From Ekhidna sp. (GTDB lineage: Bacteria; Bacteroidota; Bacteroidia; Cytophagales; Cyclobacteriaceae), in NCBI RefSeq assembly GCF_965221965.1, contig NZ_OZ244926.1, positions 2,576,972 to 2,640,971 on the forward strand: a stretch of DNA of 64,000 nucleotides, written 5' to 3'. Shown here in pieces: positions 30,148-39,599 of this stretch. Numbering within the stretch: position 1 is the stretch's first letter; each line of letters opens with the position of its first letter. A program made the position numbers and the translations under genes. Below the pieces are notes generated by a model. That model was not told the origin of the DNA, searched no databases, and worked only from the letters and a program-made list of their open reading frames with translations.

Positions 30148-33100
30148 CTACTTTCCGACCCGGAAGATATTTTGCTTAGCGAAGAAATGCCACTTAGTCT
30201 TGGCACCAAACTCGCGATTGCAATTAGTACACTCACCATTGCGTTGAAGTCCTGAAAGAAATCCGGGTTGCCAAGGAACAGGAATGCCAGAATACCTAAG
30301 AGTGAAAGACCTAACACAGCACTTACGGTGCTCCACGTTCCTTTTTCACGAACTTCTTTTTCCATTTTCAAGGCCTCTCCCTTTTTAATAATAGAAAGAA
30401 CGAAATTGGTGAAGCTTTCATTCATGATTCGTAGCTCATCCTCATAAATAAGTAACCCCTTTTCAAGCAAACTCCTAATACCATTCTTGTTATTTATATT
30501 AACGAAACGGTCCTTTGCCAGATCATAAATAATATATTTTTCTTCTTTGGATAAAGTGTTCCAAAGACCTAAATAATAGCTTTCTGCAAGTAGCTGAATG
30601 CGTAAAATCAGATCCTCTTTATCTATTTTACTTTCATCATTTCCAACATTTTCTTTCAGCTTCACAAAATAGTCCTTAACCCCGGGCAAAAGGTTGGGTA
30701 AAAAACTACCTTTATTTAACTCCATTCGGAAAAGCTGTTTGAACATATCACTTTTAATCCATGATGGATCTAGATAACTGTTGATTTTACTGTTTTCTTT
30801 GATTGGGTTGTGGACGATTATAAATCCACCCAAAACATGCCTCCATGTTTCCAGTGCGCAATTAAGCTCTTCTCTGGTTTCATCATCACCATCAAAATTC
30901 GAAATCTTATTCTCATAAAAATTGGTAATAAAGCTTGGGTGTACATTGGATGAAATGACGAGCTGCTGACCATGATGACTTGCGAGTTTCTCCAAAAGCT
31001 TTAGTCTTAACTTATTGATCTTATGAGAGCTTACTCCGTATTCGAAATTTTCAATAATCACTCCATCAAAAAGCTTAAAGTTTACTGCTGATAGTTTATT
31101 CCATTCTTCCTCGTTATTTGCAAGCATCATATCCGCTTCATAAAAATTCCCCTCCAGCGTCTTAATTAGGTTGCTCTTATTAGACTTAGGTAGTCCCAAT
31201 AAAAAAATCTGTCGTTGCTTGTGGTGAGTTATACTATCATCACCTATAGAAATTCGCTTGAAGTTCTCAACGGTGAGAGGCAGAGTGTTCTTGAAGTTAT
31301 TGTACTCTCTTCCATATATCTTATTTACGCAATAATCTATTAGAACATAAACACCAACCAGAATAAGTAAAACAGTAAAGAAGAAAAATGAACTGTATTG
31401 CCTTACTCCTTTTTCAATTGATTCCTGTCGCTGACCAAAAGACAGTAAACTGGGCCGGCTCACGATGGTTATCCGCTCATGATCCTGTCTGGTTTTTGGC
31501 CCAAAATTATCCATGTAAACAAGCTGCATTCGGGATTTATCCAAATCATTCGGAAAACACCATTTTCTGTTTTTCTCTTGTGATAGATCGTACGCAAGCC
31601 CCTTGCTTTCAATAATTAAATCACTGTAATGTGGTCTTAATTTAGAAAGTAGATGATCAGAGTTACTAATGTTGTCATTGCAGAATTGATAGGCAGAACC
31701 TGAACTTACATTTAGTTCTGAGTTTAAAAAATACATGCCGCTATCCAGCTTGGAGTTGAAAAATGACTCCCGAACATCCTTAATATTTACCAAAGCATCC
31801 AATCGGTCATCAACGACTCGTACTTTCTGTTTGTAATGTTCAGCAATCTTCAATTGGTTATACTTATGCCAAATAACCTCCTCCTCATTGTGGGCAACCA
31901 TAAAGATGAAGAAGATCGGCAGCACACTACTAATAAGCAGCCAACTGAAGAGGAAAATATTATAGGAATGATGCTGAAGTATACTTTGGATAAACTTGAA
32001 ATTTGGTAATCCTATTTTTCCGTTACTCACAGCCTCCTCAATGAATTTATTAGAAAGTAAAAAAACAATCAATAGTGACTGATAAACGATCCACCACCAG
32101 GACATGCTAAAAAACGAAATGTAACTCCAGTCTGCTGCCACAATAAACAGCAGAAAAGCGATATTAAAATTTCTTCGTTCGGTCGTTTTATCCGTGTAAC
32201 GAGTGATTTTATTTGGTGACAACCAAATAAAGCTAATCAAAAACAGGTAAGCGTTAGTTATTACAAAATTGAAAAGAATATCTGCTTCATGAACACTCGG
32301 AATAGCTATCATGATCAATAGTAACGCTCCAATAAAAAGAAACAACAAAAACAAGAATTGGTACTCCTTTGATTTCCCCTCCTCTGGCTTCATCCAGTGA
32401 AGTAAGAATGTATCAATCCTAAGCTTAGACCTTCGCTTTTGAATTAGGTTTAGAATAATCATCATCAGGCAAACCGCAGCAAAAGAGCCAAAAAGAAGTA
32501 TGATAGAGATACTAACAACTCCCTGTATTTCTGCATTTCGATATTCATTGTCATAAAAAGTCACCAGGTACAACGGCATTGAATTAATCGGCTGGATATA
32601 TGAACGATGATTGACATTTCTGTATTTAATATCTGCCCAGGATGCCACCCTGGTATACATGGCTGCCCGGATATCTCCATCATTGTTTGTCTCTTCTAAA
32701 AAATTCTCCTGTAAAACCCGATCCTTAAGATTATGAAATTTCACCAACCCCTCAGTATCAATGATTGCAAAACCATAGCCAATAGGAAGGATGGCATCCA
32801 TCACTGACCCTAACTGACTCGTCATAGCCAAAACAGGCATATCCTCTCCCATTTCAGAAGGAATGGACACTGCTGCTTCTCGAGTAAAGTCACTCCAGGA
32901 AACAATGGATTGTAAGTAGAAATTGAAGCTGGTATCCTTTTCGAGATTATACTTTTGAACGGCAGTCAGGCTATCAAAACGAAGCTTCCACATCTTGTCT
33001 TCCACAATATTCTTGAAGTACTCCCGCTCACTTACATCAACTGTTGATGCTTTCATATTTAAAAGTGTTCTCTGAAAATCATAAGATGTGTTTCCATCTT

Positions 33101-34493
33101 TTTCAATCCAAAAAATATGATTGAATTCATTGTAATTAGAAACATCAAAATTCTTAAGGACAGTGGTATCTGGTAAATCAGTATTCTTTGAAACGGCTAA
33201 ATCCAGTTCATTTAGCAGATTTACTATGGTATATATTTCCCTTACAAAACTGCCTTCTATCTTTTCTGATAAGTCCTCAAGGTTATGGTCTATTTCTTGG
33301 TTTCCCTTGATCACAAATTCATACAAATTGAAAACAATAAGCAGGACCATGGGTATGCCCAGCACCAAAGAACCACCGACCATCAAAACATTTCGGATAT
33401 GAAGCCGCTCAATGGGACTCATCAACACTAGCTTGAGCATTGGCATGGAAATAACCAAGAGCAACACAAGTAGTATCGCCAGAACCAATAAAAACACCTC
33501 TACCTTTTGAGATTCTTTTTTGAAAACAGATGACTTGACAAAACCGCCGAGAAAATAGGTCTCATCATTGATTTTCATTCGATGAAACATCAGTTTATAA
33601 CCTTCATTAAAGAGTTCTACATGTACAGGCTTAATCATTCTTGGGCCCATGGAGATATTCAGAGAATCCGCATTGCCATTTTTGGTGCCTTTCGTCTGGA
33701 GCGTCGGACTGATGGAAACCAGATCGATAGGATTATTAAAAGTTTGGTAAATGATTGAATAACTAAAGGGATCACCCAACTCCTTTACTCCGGAATAATC
33801 CTCCTTTAGAAGCACATATTCATCAAAAAAACCATTCACCAAAACATCTTTGATAAACGTGTTTGCACCTTCACTAAAGGATATGGTCTCCCCTTCATCT
33901 CCCTTTATATTCCATGCAAAATCATTCTGACGATAAAGCAACTCGTCCTTGGAGTAATAATTATCGCTTTTATCATAGTAATAGTTAAACGTTACGTTTC
34001 TGGGAGCCGAAGATTGAAGAATTTCAATAATCCTGTTATTGGCTCTTTCACTAAAGCTTGATTGTAGTTTATTGATTTGCTCCTGATAGAGGTCAATTCT
34101 TTTATTAATTGCTCTTACCAACCTATCAGTTTCAGCCGGATTGCGGAAATAGCTGAGTTTGCTTTGTAAAATCCTGGAAGAATCATTAAGAGCGATGACC
34201 TGATCCTGGTACCAATTAATTGTGGATTGTTGCTTTTGCCCCGCATCCAGAATGGACTGTATATCTCCCTTTACCGTTTTGTAGATATACGCGAGATAAT
34301 TCTGATATCCGGAATATTTGTTCTTAATATTCTCACTCTTTCTGTCTAATACACGGTATGCACGATCAATGAATCTCGATTCACTGGTTTTTACATAAAC
34401 GAGAAAATAGTAAGCAAAAGCAGCAAGTATCAGCAACAGAGTCGTAAAAAGAATACCATTCCTACGGCCCACTTTAGGTAGTGAAAAGGTCAT
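30144..34493 (-). CDS. Orphan 1449-aa polytopic membrane protein: two Cache-like extracytoplasmic regions, multi-TM core, degenerate P-loop NTPase-like plus winged-helix-like module, C-terminal TM hairpin
   Basis: About 12 hydrophobic helices are visible by eye. A Cache-like hallmark is present (VDVSEREYFKNI ... PVLAMTSQLGSVMDAILPIGYGFAIIDTEGLVKFH). Residues 1100-1107 read GLPKSNKS (nt 31173-31196), against the GxPGxGKS consensus. A Walker-B-like segment FDGVIIENFE lies at nt 31041-31070. Confidence 0.7.
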   Translation of the reverse strand: MTFSLPKVGRRNGILFTTLLLILAAFAYYFLVYVKTSESRFIDRAYRVLDRKSENIKNKYSGYQNYLAYIYKTVKGDIQSILDAGQKQQSTINWYQDQVIALNDSSRILQSKLSYFRNPAETDRLVRAINKRIDLYQEQINKLQSSFSERANNRIIEILQSSAPRNVTFNYYYDKSDNYYSKDELLYRQNDFAWNIKGDEGETISFSEGANTFIKDVLVNGFFDEYVLLKEDYSGVKELGDPFSYSIIYQTFNNPIDLVSISPTLQTKGTKNGNADSLNISMGPRMIKPVHVELFNEGYKLMFHRMKINDETYFLGGFVKSSVFKKESQKVEVFLLVLAILLVLLLVISMPMLKLVLMSPIERLHIRNVLMVGGSLVLGIPMVLLIVFNLYEFVIKGNQEIDHNLEDLSEKIEGSFVREIYTIVNLLNELDLAVSKNTDLPDTTVLKNFDVSNYNEFNHIFWIEKDGNTSYDFQRTLLNMKASTVDVSEREYFKNIVEDKMWKLRFDSLTAVQKYNLEKDTSFNFYLQSIVSWSDFTREAAVSIPSEMGEDMPVLAMTSQLGSVMDAILPIGYGFAIIDTEGLVKFHNLKDRVLQENFLEETNNDGDIRAAMYTRVASWADIKYRNVNHRSYIQPINSMPLYLVTFYDNEYRNAEIQGVVSISIILLFGSFAAVCLMMIILNLIQKRRSKLRIDTFLLHWMKPEEGKSKEYQFLFLLFLFIGALLLIMIAIPSVHEADILFNFVITNAYLFLISFIWLSPNKITRYTDKTTERRNFNIAFLLFIVAADWSYISFFSMSWWWIVYQSLLIVFLLSNKFIEEAVSNGKIGLPNFKFIQSILQHHSYNIFLFSWLLISSVLPIFFIFMVAHNEEEVIWHKYNQLKIAEHYKQKVRVVDDRLDALVNIKDVRESFFNSKLDSGMYFLNSELNVSSGSAYQFCNDNISNSDHLLSKLRPHYSDLIIESKGLAYDLSQEKNRKWCFPNDLDKSRMQLVYMDNFGPKTRQDHERITIVSRPSLLSFGQRQESIEKGVRQYSSFFFFTVLLILVGVYVLIDYCVNKIYGREYNNFKNTLPLTVENFKRISIGDDSITHHKQRQIFLLGLPKSNKSNLIKTLEGNFYEADMMLANNEEEWNKLSAVNFKLFDGVIIENFEYGVSSHKINKLRLKLLEKLASHHGQQLVISSNVHPSFITNFYENKISNFDGDDETREELNCALETWRHVLGGFIIVHNPIKENSKINSYLDPSWIKSDMFKQLFRMELNKGSFLPNLLPGVKDYFVKLKENVGNDESKIDKEDLILRIQLLAESYYLGLWNTLSKEEKYIIYDLAKDRFVNINNKNGIRSLLEKGLLIYEDELRIMNESFTNFVLSIIKKGEALKMEKEVREKGTWSTVSAVLGLSLLGILAFLFLGNPDFFQDFNAMVSVLIAIASLVPRLSGISSLSKISSGSESS

Positions 34494-34631
34494 TTTCGAT
34501 TAGGTAATAGTGAGTATAGATAGTAATATAAAGATTATCAAACCTAACTAAAAGACACACTCTCAATTTCTTCTTAAAATGAAATCAGATGAGCAAATAG
34601 TGAAATAACATGCATTGTGCATCTTTGCGAT

Positions 34632-35822
34632 ATGCTTTCAAACAGACAGCTTTTTCTCAACCACCTGGCTCAAACATCCGACGCACCTCTCATGCTGGAA
34701 ATGGTATCTGCTGAGGGTGTCTACATGACTGATATTGATGGAAAAAAATACCTTGATTTAATATCAGGGATTGGGGTCTCCAACGTAGGCCATCGCCACC
34801 CTAACGTTGTAAAGGCAATCAAAGAGCAGGTAGACAAGCACCTTCATGTGATGGTTTATGGAGAATTTGTGCAAAGTCCTCAAGTAAGGCTTGCTGAAGC
34901 GCTTATAAAAACGCTACCAAACACTTTAGATTCGGTCTACCTTGTAAATTCAGGGAGTGAAGCCATTGAAGGGGCTATGAAACTCGCCAAAAGGTATACT
35001 GGACGGTCCAATCTCATCGCGTGTAAGGATGCCTATCACGGATCGTCTCATGGGGCGCTTTCACTGACCGGCAGTGAAGACTTCAAACAAAACTACCGTC
35101 CACTTTTACCCGGTATTTCTCATATCCATTTTGGTGATGCTGAATCATTAAGTCTTATCGATGACGAAACCGCTGCAATCGTAATAGAAACCGTGCAGGG
35201 AGAGGCTGGTGTAAGACATGCGGATAGTTCCTACTGGAAAGCTTTACGAGAGAAGTGTGATGAAACCGGGGCATTGTTGATTCTGGATGAAATACAATGT
35301 GGCTTTGGCAGAACAGGGAAATTATGGGCATTTGAACATTACGACATTAAACCAGACGTTTTAGTAAGTGCCAAAGGAATGGGAGGTGGCATGCCCATTG
35401 GATGCTTTATTTCGTCCAAAGAAATCATGGGTGTATTTACCAATAACCCGGTACTGGGCCACATATCTACATTCGGTGGACATCCCGTATCAAGTGCGGC
35501 CTCACTGGCAACACTAAAGACCATTCAAAAAGAGAATCTACTTCAAGATGTTGCAAACAAAGAAAAAATCTTTCACGACCATCTGAAGCATCCTAGAATC
35601 AAAGCAGTGAGGAGTAAAGGGCTTATGATGGCAGTGGAATTTGAGTCCTATGATGTACTGAAACCAATCATAGACCGAGCGATTGAATTGGGCGTGGTGA
35701 CGGATTGGTTCTTATTTAACGACAGGTCTATGCGAATAGCTCCGCCACTTATCATTACAGAAGAAGAAATAAAAAAAGCCTGCGAGATAATTCTGCAGGC
35801 CATTCATGATGTGGTGGAATAG
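34632..35822 (+). CDS. Class-III PLP aminotransferase (acetylornithine/ornithine aminotransferase-like)
   Basis: SGSEAIEGAMKLA, DEIQCGFGRTG, and SAKGMGGG (PLP lysine). Confidence 0.85.
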   Translation: MLSNRQLFLNHLAQTSDAPLMLEMVSAEGVYMTDIDGKKYLDLISGIGVSNVGHRHPNVVKAIKEQVDKHLHVMVYGEFVQSPQVRLAEALIKTLPNTLDSVYLVNSGSEAIEGAMKLAKRYTGRSNLIACKDAYHGSSHGALSLTGSEDFKQNYRPLLPGISHIHFGDAESLSLIDDETAAIVIETVQGEAGVRHADSSYWKALREKCDETGALLILDEIQCGFGRTGKLWAFEHYDIKPDVLVSAKGMGGGMPIGCFISSKEIMGVFTNNPVLGHISTFGGHPVSSAASLATLKTIQKENLLQDVANKEKIFHDHLKHPRIKAVRSKGLMMAVEFESYDVLKPIIDRAIELGVVTDWFLFNDRSMRIAPPLIITEEEIKKACEIILQAIHDVVE

Positions 35823-35826
35823 CTGA

Positions 35827-37005
35827 TCAAATCAGTTGATTCAAATCGAGCGTAAAGGTCTTCTCCTCTCCCATTTGCAATACGGTCAATTTCACTTGTT
35901 CATTTGCTTTTTCCAAAAGCTCACGGAGTTGAGGAAGTGTATAATCGTCAACACTTTTATCATTCACCCTTAAGATTTCAGCCTCCGGCGAAATACCAGC
36001 CTTTTTCGCTGGACTATCCTCATAAACCCTATGAACAAGCACCTTACTCATATCTTTATTCAATTGAAGATACATACCGCTGGCATTTACAGTCATCTTT
36101 TCATCAAAGGCTTTGTTCTTCGAGAAATAAATTTTTTTCTGTGAATAATCGAAAGTGATGTTAAACTTCTTCAACAACTTATTGCCCATAATTCCCGCTA
36201 CCTTTTTATTGTGTTGGATCCCATGGCGAGCAGTACTGATACCAATTGGCATTTCTAAAAAATCAAATCCACCAAAACCAAAATTCCGAACTCGACCTTC
36301 ATAATGCATAGTCTCATCCTCACTAAGTCCTGCAACCGGGTATGAGAAATGATCCCCTGTTCTTTTGATGATATCATTCTTCTCAGCAAATCTGGTGTTG
36401 AAATCCATTGTTGTTCCTGCACCTGTATTTATGAAAAATTCACCAGTTAGGGTTTCCCCATCATTCAAAGTCACCCTAGCTTCAATGTGGGGAATGTAAT
36501 TATCCAACTTAAATTCAAATTCCTTTCCGCTCCCATCATGCTTATATGTGCCCTGATCGTATAGCTCAAACATTCCCTTATCATAATCCAACTTCACTAC
36601 ATAGTGGTGCAGTAAATCATATCCTATTATTCCATCAATGTTCTTTCCGATACTCATCTCCAGATGCCTCAGACTTGTTGCATAAAGCTGGATATCCTTT
36701 TCTAACTCTATCCCGTTCAACTCAATTGTATTATGATCAATGAGAGCTCCTTTCACAGCACCCTGTGCGCTAGTTTTAGAGGCTTGATGGTTCAGGTCCA
36801 GCCCTAGCTCATTTGCTACATCCAGATCAATAACCGGCAATCCATCTCCAGTATCAAAAATGAAATCTAAAGGCTCTGAGCCATCCACACTCAGCTGAAT
36901 AAACAAGTGATCCCCAAACAGCTGCATCTTCGTAGATGTAATCGGTGTTTGCGCCTGAATTGATATTGAAACAAGGAAAAGCGAGGCAGTAAGAAATTTT
37001 TTCAT
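35827..37005 (-). CDS. Secreted two-lobe retropepsin-like aspartyl protease homolog with a C-terminal PDZ domain
   Basis: Has a signal peptide. Lobe 1 carries FIFDTGDG (D51) plus GIIGYDLL. Lobe 2 carries FINTGAG (N193 in place of Asp) plus GIMGNKLL. The C-terminus is PDZ-like (SPAKKAGISPEAEILRVND). Confidence 0.7.
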   Translation of the reverse strand: MKKFLTASLFLVSISIQAQTPITSTKMQLFGDHLFIQLSVDGSEPLDFIFDTGDGLPVIDLDVANELGLDLNHQASKTSAQGAVKGALIDHNTIELNGIELEKDIQLYATSLRHLEMSIGKNIDGIIGYDLLHHYVVKLDYDKGMFELYDQGTYKHDGSGKEFEFKLDNYIPHIEARVTLNDGETLTGEFFINTGAGTTMDFNTRFAEKNDIIKRTGDHFSYPVAGLSEDETMHYEGRVRNFGFGGFDFLEMPIGISTARHGIQHNKKVAGIMGNKLLKKFNITFDYSQKKIYFSKNKAFDEKMTVNASGMYLQLNKDMSKVLVHRVYEDSPAKKAGISPEAEILRVNDKSVDDYTLPQLRELLEKANEQVKLTVLQMGEEKTFTLDLNQLI

Positions 37006-37081
37006 TGTGATTGAAGTCTAATTAATTTCAGGTCAATTTAGAGATTATTCAAAATAGAACCATAAAAAATAGATATACGAT

Positions 37082-37900
37082 ATGCAAATGATAGAAAAAG
37101 TAAGTGCTGCCGTCAAGTTCCTTCAGGAAAAGGGATGTGAAAATCCAGAGGTAGGAATTATCCTCGGTACGGGTCTTGGGGCACTTACTGATGAGATTGA
37201 AATAGAAAAGGAGTTTGTATATGCCAACATCCCTCACTTTCCAATAGCGACTGTTGAGTTTCATAAAGGAAAGTTGATTTATGGAAAACTGGAAGGGAAA
37301 ACTGTCGTTGCGATGCAAGGACGATTTCACTACTATGAAGGACACAGTATGGATCAAGTGGTCTTTCCTGTACGGGTCATGCAAAAGATGGGTATAAAAA
37401 AATTGATTATTTCCAATGCAGGTGGTTGTATGAATTTAGATTGGAAAAAAGGGGAGTTGATGCTCATAGAAGATCACATTAATCTCCAACCTGACAACCC
37501 CTTGAGAGGGCATGAAGCTGCTGCTTTTGGGCAGATTTTTACAGACATGAGTCAACCTTATGACGCAGAGGTTAATGAAATGCTCTTAAAAATAGCCGCT
37601 GAGCAGGGTGTTAAGCTAAATAAAGGAGTTTATGTATCTGTTGTTGGTCCAAGCCTGGAAACAAGGGCCGAATATCGTTTCTTGAGAATGATCGGAGCTG
37701 ATGTAGTGGGAATGAGTACTGTACCGGAGGTCATTGCGGCAAATCAAATGGGTTTGCCCGTTTCTGCCATCTCAGTTTTAACAGACGATTGTGATCCAGA
37801 TAACTTAGAACCTATCGATATTGAAGATATTATTGCTACTGCAAAGAGCGCCGAGAAAGATCTGGTGGTTTTACTAAAAGAATTAATGCAAAGACTTTAG
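37082..37900 (+). CDS. punA: Purine nucleoside phosphorylase (PunA-type)
   Basis: GRFHYYEG, ISNAGG and GMSTVPEV blocks; 272 aa. Confidence 0.9.
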   Translation: MQMIEKVSAAVKFLQEKGCENPEVGIILGTGLGALTDEIEIEKEFVYANIPHFPIATVEFHKGKLIYGKLEGKTVVAMQGRFHYYEGHSMDQVVFPVRVMQKMGIKKLIISNAGGCMNLDWKKGELMLIEDHINLQPDNPLRGHEAAAFGQIFTDMSQPYDAEVNEMLLKIAAEQGVKLNKGVYVSVVGPSLETRAEYRFLRMIGADVVGMSTVPEVIAANQMGLPVSAISVLTDDCDPDNLEPIDIEDIIATAKSAEKDLVVLLKELMQRL

Positions 37901-37903
37901 TAA

Positions 37904-38134
37904 TCAACCCTTTATATCAGCAGCTTTCTCTTGCACGATCAACTCTACAAGAGTCGGATCAGTTTTGTCCAGTGTTTCTGTAAAAGGCCAGGGCTCCTCC
38001 ATATCAATTTCATTATACTGAGTCGTCTTAACACTTTTTAATTGCTGCATCTCTCTTTTAGCAGACCTACCCTCTGTTTTGATTCGCGCGCTGCAAAAAA
38101 CAAATAGAGCCATGACAAGTAATACGATCCTCAT
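37904..38134 (-). CDS. Small hypothetical secreted protein
   Basis: ORF with a signal-like N-terminus (MRIVLLVMALFVFCSA). No motif recognised. Confidence 0.4.
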   Translation of the reverse strand: MRIVLLVMALFVFCSARIKTEGRSAKREMQQLKSVKTTQYNEIDMEEPWPFTETLDKTDPTLVELIVQEKAADIKG

Positions 38135-38399
38135 ACGCTGATATTAAAACTGGATTTATCTATAGCTAAAGTATGACAGATCATTACCAAAGTAAATACC
38201 TAAAAAATGGTATTTATTGATTCTGGTTTTTACTGATAATAAGCCAAGAAGTTCGAATGGTATTTGTTAAAAACTTTATCAAATGATAATAAATCACCAA
38301 TAACGCTACCCTTTTTTGGGTATTTTTCAAAAAATCTTTTCGATTCATGATTCAGAAATGAATCAAAGTGATTAATCTCGAATCCTAATTGGTTAAAAT

Positions 38400-38504
38400 A
38401 TGATGACAAGAGGTTCTACTCACCTCTCGTTTCAAAGAGCTATCTAAGGATAGTTGGTTGGGTCCGACGCTAAACTCTAATAAGGTACAGGTCGGACCTT
38501 TTTT
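38400..38504 (+). promoter_or_regulatory. Structured 5' leader: 15-codon uORF, two hairpins and an intrinsic terminator (candidate attenuator or riboswitch)
   Basis: uORF at 38400-38447 (MMTRGSTHLSFQRAI). Hairpins AGAGGT/ACCTCT (38409-38427) and AGCTATC/GATAGTT (38438-38455). Terminator GGTCCGAC (38461-38468) / GTCGGACC (38491-38498) plus TTTTTT (38499-38504), ending 18 nt before the ATG at 38523. Confidence 0.5.
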
Positions 38505-38522
38505 GAAACCATCAATATAAAT

Positions 38523-38990
38523 ATGCGTTATTTTCGCATGCTCAACCTGTCACTCAACACCTACGCACACCTCCTTTTCATCATCACTATTTTTTGCGCT
38601 TTAATAGCAGAAGTGATACTCATTGATAAGGCTGTCCAACGAAAAACGATAAAAAAACTAAGCCTCATTGATGGTGTTTATGGCTTAGCTGCTCTGCTTG
38701 TACTAGGCACAGGTTTACTCAACTGGATGGTATTCGGAAAAGGAACTACTTATTACAATAGCAACACGCTTTTCTTAATCAAAATCTCACTTTTCATTAT
38801 CGTAGGACTGCTCTCCATCTATCCGACAGTCATGATAGCTCGGGCAAAAAAGCTACTTAAAAAGCACTCTGCCGAAGAGGTGTCTTTGCCTAATGCTATG
38901 AAAATGAGAAAGTTCATTATTGCAGAGTTAATTATTATGTCCTGCATTCCACTGCTTGCAGAGTTAATGGCCAATGGAATTGATTTTTAA
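38523..38990 (+). CDS. Hypothetical 4-TM membrane protein
   Basis: Four hydrophobic helices; first gene after the structured leader. Confidence 0.55.
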   Translation: MRYFRMLNLSLNTYAHLLFIITIFCALIAEVILIDKAVQRKTIKKLSLIDGVYGLAALLVLGTGLLNWMVFGKGTTYYNSNTLFLIKISLFIIVGLLSIYPTVMIARAKKLLKKHSAEEVSLPNAMKMRKFIIAELIIMSCIPLLAELMANGIDF

Positions 38991-39014
38991 ATCAGCATAT
39001 TGGTATCTTTCAGT

Positions 39015-39548
39015 ATGAATCTGCGAAAAATGAAGCTCTTACCGATTGCTATCATGGCACTGATGATCTGTTCATGTATGAAGCCTGACCCAAACATGAA
39101 TGAGGAAACCGGTACAGATGAGCTGACCTCCCTTGAACTGGAGGATCCAATAAACAAGCTGGAAATGACCTATGAGGACATTATTTATGTACCTATTTAT
39201 TCAGATATTTACTTGGATGCCAACAACCAAAAGACCTTACTCGCTGCTACTTTGAGCATCCGAAATACCAGCTACAGCGATTCCATCTTTATATCGAAAA
39301 TTGACTACTTCAGTACCGACGGCAATCTGGTAAGGAAGTATTTAAAAAATCAAATCAGCCTTCCTCCCATGGCCACCATCAATTATGTGATTGAGCGAGA
39401 AGATGATACCGGAGGATCTGGTGCTAATTTTATTGTGAAGCTAAGTGCGAAAAATGAAGATGTGAAGCCACTCATCCAAGCGGTTATGATTGGCCAGTAT
39501 GGCAATAAAGGCTTTGCTTTTTCAACTGACGGATACTCGATAAAATAA
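39015..39548 (+). CDS. Lipoprotein, possibly DUF3124-like
   Basis: Lipobox MICSC. IYVPIYSDIY resembles the DUF3124 signature as I remember it. The ATG at 39015 is preferred over the TTG at 39000. Confidence 0.45.
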   Translation: MNLRKMKLLPIAIMALMICSCMKPDPNMNEETGTDELTSLELEDPINKLEMTYEDIIYVPIYSDIYLDANNQKTLLAATLSIRNTSYSDSIFISKIDYFSTDGNLVRKYLKNQISLPPMATINYVIEREDDTGGSGANFIVKLSAKNEDVKPLIQAVMIGQYGNKGFAFSTDGYSIK

Positions 39549-39573
39549 AAAAAGCCACCCAAAAAGGGTAGCT
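39544..39573 (-). terminator. Terminator hairpin for the acyl-CoA dehydrogenase gene
   Basis: AGCCACCC-aaaaa-GGGTAGCT (one mismatch), followed by a T-run when read on the minus strand. Confidence 0.5.
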
Positions 39574-39599
39574 TCATGTCATACTATAATACTCTCTTC

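Noticed and set aside
37049-37384. 111-aa minus-strand ORF overlapping the 5' end of the PNP gene
   Set aside because: It overlaps a well-supported PNP coding region and has odd composition. The 76-nt gap 37006-37081 is better explained as a divergent promoter region.
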